Source: an uncultured delta proteobacterium
Lineage (GTDB): Bacteria > Myxococcota > UBA727 > VGSZ01
Direction: 5' to 3'
Length of the DNA: 64,000 bases
NCBI GenBank assembly: GCA_963775425.1
Contig: CAVZJB010000016.1
Coordinates: 1,088,001-1,152,000 of the forward strand
Below, piece by piece: positions 61,645 to 64,000 of this stretch. Below the pieces are notes generated by a model. The model ran no database searches. It was given only the letters and a program-made list of their open reading frames with translations, and was not told the DNA's origin. Position numbers and translations under genes: made by a program. Within the stretch, counting starts at the first letter, position 1. Each line of letters begins with the position of its first letter.

Positions 61645-62739
61645 ATGAGCCCCCTCGACGAGCTGAAGCTCTTGTTGAAGCCCGCCGGCGGCGGGCTTTA
61701 CCTCGTCTCCACGGGGAAAGCGGAACAGCAGGCGCTGCAGCGGCGCTTCTACGACGCCGCCACCGACGAAGACGTCACCGCCCGCTTCCACGCCACGCTC
61801 GACAAGATCCCCGACGCGCGCGCGGTGATCCTCGGGGTGCCCTCCGACGTCGGCGCGGGCTTTCGCCGCGGCGCCAACCTCGGGCCACAGTCCATCCGGC
61901 TGCGCCTCCTGCAAGACGAGCCGCGCTGGGCGCAGCTCCTCGCCGAGCGCGGCGTGGTCGACATCGGCGACGTGTTCGTTGTCCCGCAGCTCCTCTCCGA
62001 CAATCTGCTCTCGCCCCCGGCGCTCGCCCGGGTCCAGCGCGCGCTGTACCCCGACGTCGACGACGCCGTCCGCGCGGCGCTGCCGGCGTCGCCGCTGTCC
62101 ATCGCCGAGCGCGCGGTGGCCCTCGTGAAGAAGCTCAACCCGCGCGCCCGGGTGCTGATGCTCGGCGGCGACCACTCCACGGCGTGGCCGGTGGTGAAGG
62201 CGCTCCACGACGCCGGCGACCGCTTCTGCATCGTGCAGATCGACGCCCACACGGACCTCATGGCGGAGCGGCTCGGCATCCCCATCTGCTTCGCGACGTG
62301 GACGTTCCACGCCAACGAGCTCCTCGGCAGGAACAAGCGGGTCATCCAGCTCGGCATCCGCGCCACGCGCTTCGACAAGGCCCACTGGGAGAGCACGTGC
62401 GACGTCGTGCAAATCTGGGCCGCGGACGCCCTCGCCGACCCCGACAAGGCGCTCGACGACGTCGTGTCCGCCGCCAAGGCGACGGGGCTGCCGGTCTATT
62501 TCAGCAACGACATCGACGGCACCGACTCCGCCGACGCCGACGCCACCGGCACGCCTGAGCCCGCGGGACTCCCCGTCGACATGGTGCGCAAGCTCATCGG
62601 GCGGCTCGGGCGCGAGGTCGGCCTCGTGGGCGGCGACGTCGTCGAGGTGGCCCCGCTCCTGGGGCGGGACGGCGGCCGCCGCACCCTCGAGGTCGCGAGC
62701 CTCTATCTTCGCGACACCCTCGCGGCCGTCGTCGAGTAG
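61645..62739 (+). CDS. arginase/agmatinase-family ureohydrolase
   Basis: GANLGP, LGGDHS, DAHTD, SNDIDGTD, TGTPEPAG, DVVEVAP. Confidence 0.92.
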   Translation: MSPLDELKLLLKPAGGGLYLVSTGKAEQQALQRRFYDAATDEDVTARFHATLDKIPDARAVILGVPSDVGAGFRRGANLGPQSIRLRLLQDEPRWAQLLAERGVVDIGDVFVVPQLLSDNLLSPPALARVQRALYPDVDDAVRAALPASPLSIAERAVALVKKLNPRARVLMLGGDHSTAWPVVKALHDAGDRFCIVQIDAHTDLMAERLGIPICFATWTFHANELLGRNKRVIQLGIRATRFDKAHWESTCDVVQIWAADALADPDKALDDVVSAAKATGLPVYFSNDIDGTDSADADATGTPEPAGLPVDMVRKLIGRLGREVGLVGGDVVEVAPLLGRDGGRRTLEVASLYLRDTLAAVVE

Positions 62740-62748
62740 ACTCGAAGG

Positions 62749-63423
62749 ATGGCCCCGAAACGCCCGATCGACTCCGACTCGACGGTGCTCGCCCCACGTC
62801 CCGAGATGACGGACGACGCGGGCCACGTCGAGGAAGTCGACTCGGGGATGGTCTTCGAGGACGCCAGCGAGGAGCTCACCACGTCGGGGGGCCGCGCGCG
62901 GCGCGAGCGGCGCGACAACACCTCCGACGTCTCGCTCATCGAAGCCAGGAGCGAGATGGCGCCGGCGCCGTCCCTCGAGGGCTTCGATGCGCCCCCGACC
63001 AACGCGTTCGGCGACGGCCCCCTCGGCGACGACGCGTACAACCCTCCCACCGAGGTGCTCCGGCTCGCCTTCTCCGACCCCGGATCCGATCCCATCGAGG
63101 ACGAGGACGAGGAGCCGGTGGAGGTGAAGAAGTGGAAGATGGGCGCCGACGACGCCCGCGGCCCCGGCGGCGGGCGCCCGGACGTCTTCACGCTCCCGCG
63201 AGCCGACCTGGCCGGCACCCGCGTCGACGAGGCGGCGCAGCCGGGCGCGCCGCCGCGGCTCGATCTGGACGAGCTGCGCCGCACCATCGAGGAGGCGGAG
63301 AAGCTCATGCGCACCCTCAAGAGCCAGCTCGCGGGGATGGATCTCGAGGCGCGGGGCACGAACGCGCAGGTGGCGGCGGTCCTGCATCGCCTCGGTGAGG
63401 CGCTCGCGATGCTCAAGAGGTAG
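62749..63423 (+). CDS. acidic disordered protein with a C-terminal coiled coil
   Basis: D/E/P-rich; LDELRRTIEEAEKLMRTLKSQL; directly upstream of a kinase gene. Confidence 0.65.
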   Translation: MAPKRPIDSDSTVLAPRPEMTDDAGHVEEVDSGMVFEDASEELTTSGGRARRERRDNTSDVSLIEARSEMAPAPSLEGFDAPPTNAFGDGPLGDDAYNPPTEVLRLAFSDPGSDPIEDEDEEPVEVKKWKMGADDARGPGGGRPDVFTLPRADLAGTRVDEAAQPGAPPRLDLDELRRTIEEAEKLMRTLKSQLAGMDLEARGTNAQVAAVLHRLGEALAMLKR

Positions 63424-63441
63424 TGTGCGGCCGTGCCGTCG

Positions 63442-64000
63442 ATGCCCCAGCAAATCGGCAAGTTCCACGTCCTCGCCGAGCTCGGCCGGGGCGGAATGGG
63501 CATCGTCTACAAGGTGAAGGACGGCAGGTCGGGGCAGCTCTCCGCGCTGAAGATGATTCCGCCGGAGGCGCTCGTGCGCCCGGACAGCGCGCTGCGCTTC
63601 AAGCGCGAGTTCCGCGCGATGCAGCGCGTGGAGCACCCGAACGTCATCCGCGTCTTCGAGGCCGGCACCCACGAGAGCTGTCCGTTCTTCACCATGGAGC
63701 TCGTCGAAGGGAAGGACATCCGCCACTACCTCGACGGCGACGACCCCGTCGTCTCCAGCGGCAAGGATCCGCCGCCCGCCGGCACCCTCACCGACCGACA
63801 ACGCGCGCGCCTCAACGATCCGGTGCGCATCAAGAAGCTCGCCGACGCCATGGTGCAGGTGGCGTACGCGCTGGCGGAGATCCACTCGCACCGCATCGTC
63901 CACCGCGACCTCAAGCCGGACAACATCATGGTGTCCAAGGCGGGCGTCGTGAAGCTGATGGACTTCGGCATCGCCAAACAGCTCTCGGGTCCGTCGGAGC
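63442..64000 (+). CDS. Ser/Thr protein kinase (3' truncated by the window edge; absent from the ORF track)
   Basis: Translated by hand: LGRGGMGIVY, ALKMI, RFKREF, HPNV, HRDLKPDN, DFG. Confidence 0.93.
   Translation, partial: MPQQIGKFHVLAELGRGGMGIVYKVKDGRSGQLSALKMIPPEALVRPDSALRFKREFRAMQRVEHPNVIRVFEAGTHESCPFFTMELVEGKDIRHYLDGDDPVVSSGKDPPPAGTLTDRQRARLNDPVRIKKLADAMVQVAYALAEIHSHRIVHRDLKPDNIMVSKAGVVKLMDFGIAKQLSGPSE

Overview
Very GC-rich, gene-dense chromosomal segment with a myxobacterial (Myxococcota-like) gene repertoire; the taxonomy is inferred from gene content. I see no rRNA, tRNA, CRISPR array, integrase or transposase. The left arm is almost all minus strand: pilD, an XRE-HTH gene, pilMNOPQ, a lipoprotein, an MglC-like roadblock gene, aroQ, efp and an Rsm22-like methyltransferase. 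At 12.6-13.0 kb a divergent intergenic region looks like a replication origin: tandem DnaA-box-like 9-mers, 8 GATC in 53 bp and a 17-bp inverted repeat. It lies between a small basic two-repeat protein with a Lys-rich tail (candidate nucleoid protein) and holB. The rest holds peptidoglycan-processing enzymes (S66, S12, NamZ), an ECF sigma factor, a TIGR04551-like beta-barrel, three secreted proteins with Gly-Glu tracts, sfsA, plsX, nadD, a Clp ATPase, three Ser/Thr kinases, an FHA-sigma54 activator, a hybrid histidine kinase, ettA and an agmatinase-like enzyme. All five frameshifts I found are the same event: one extra base turning GATC into GATTC/GAATC. This is most likely a methylation-linked sequencing artefact that indirectly reports GATC modification. 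Two small ORFs not called as separate ORFs in the track have sigma54-like promoters. All family assignments come from motif recognition by eye, not from searches.
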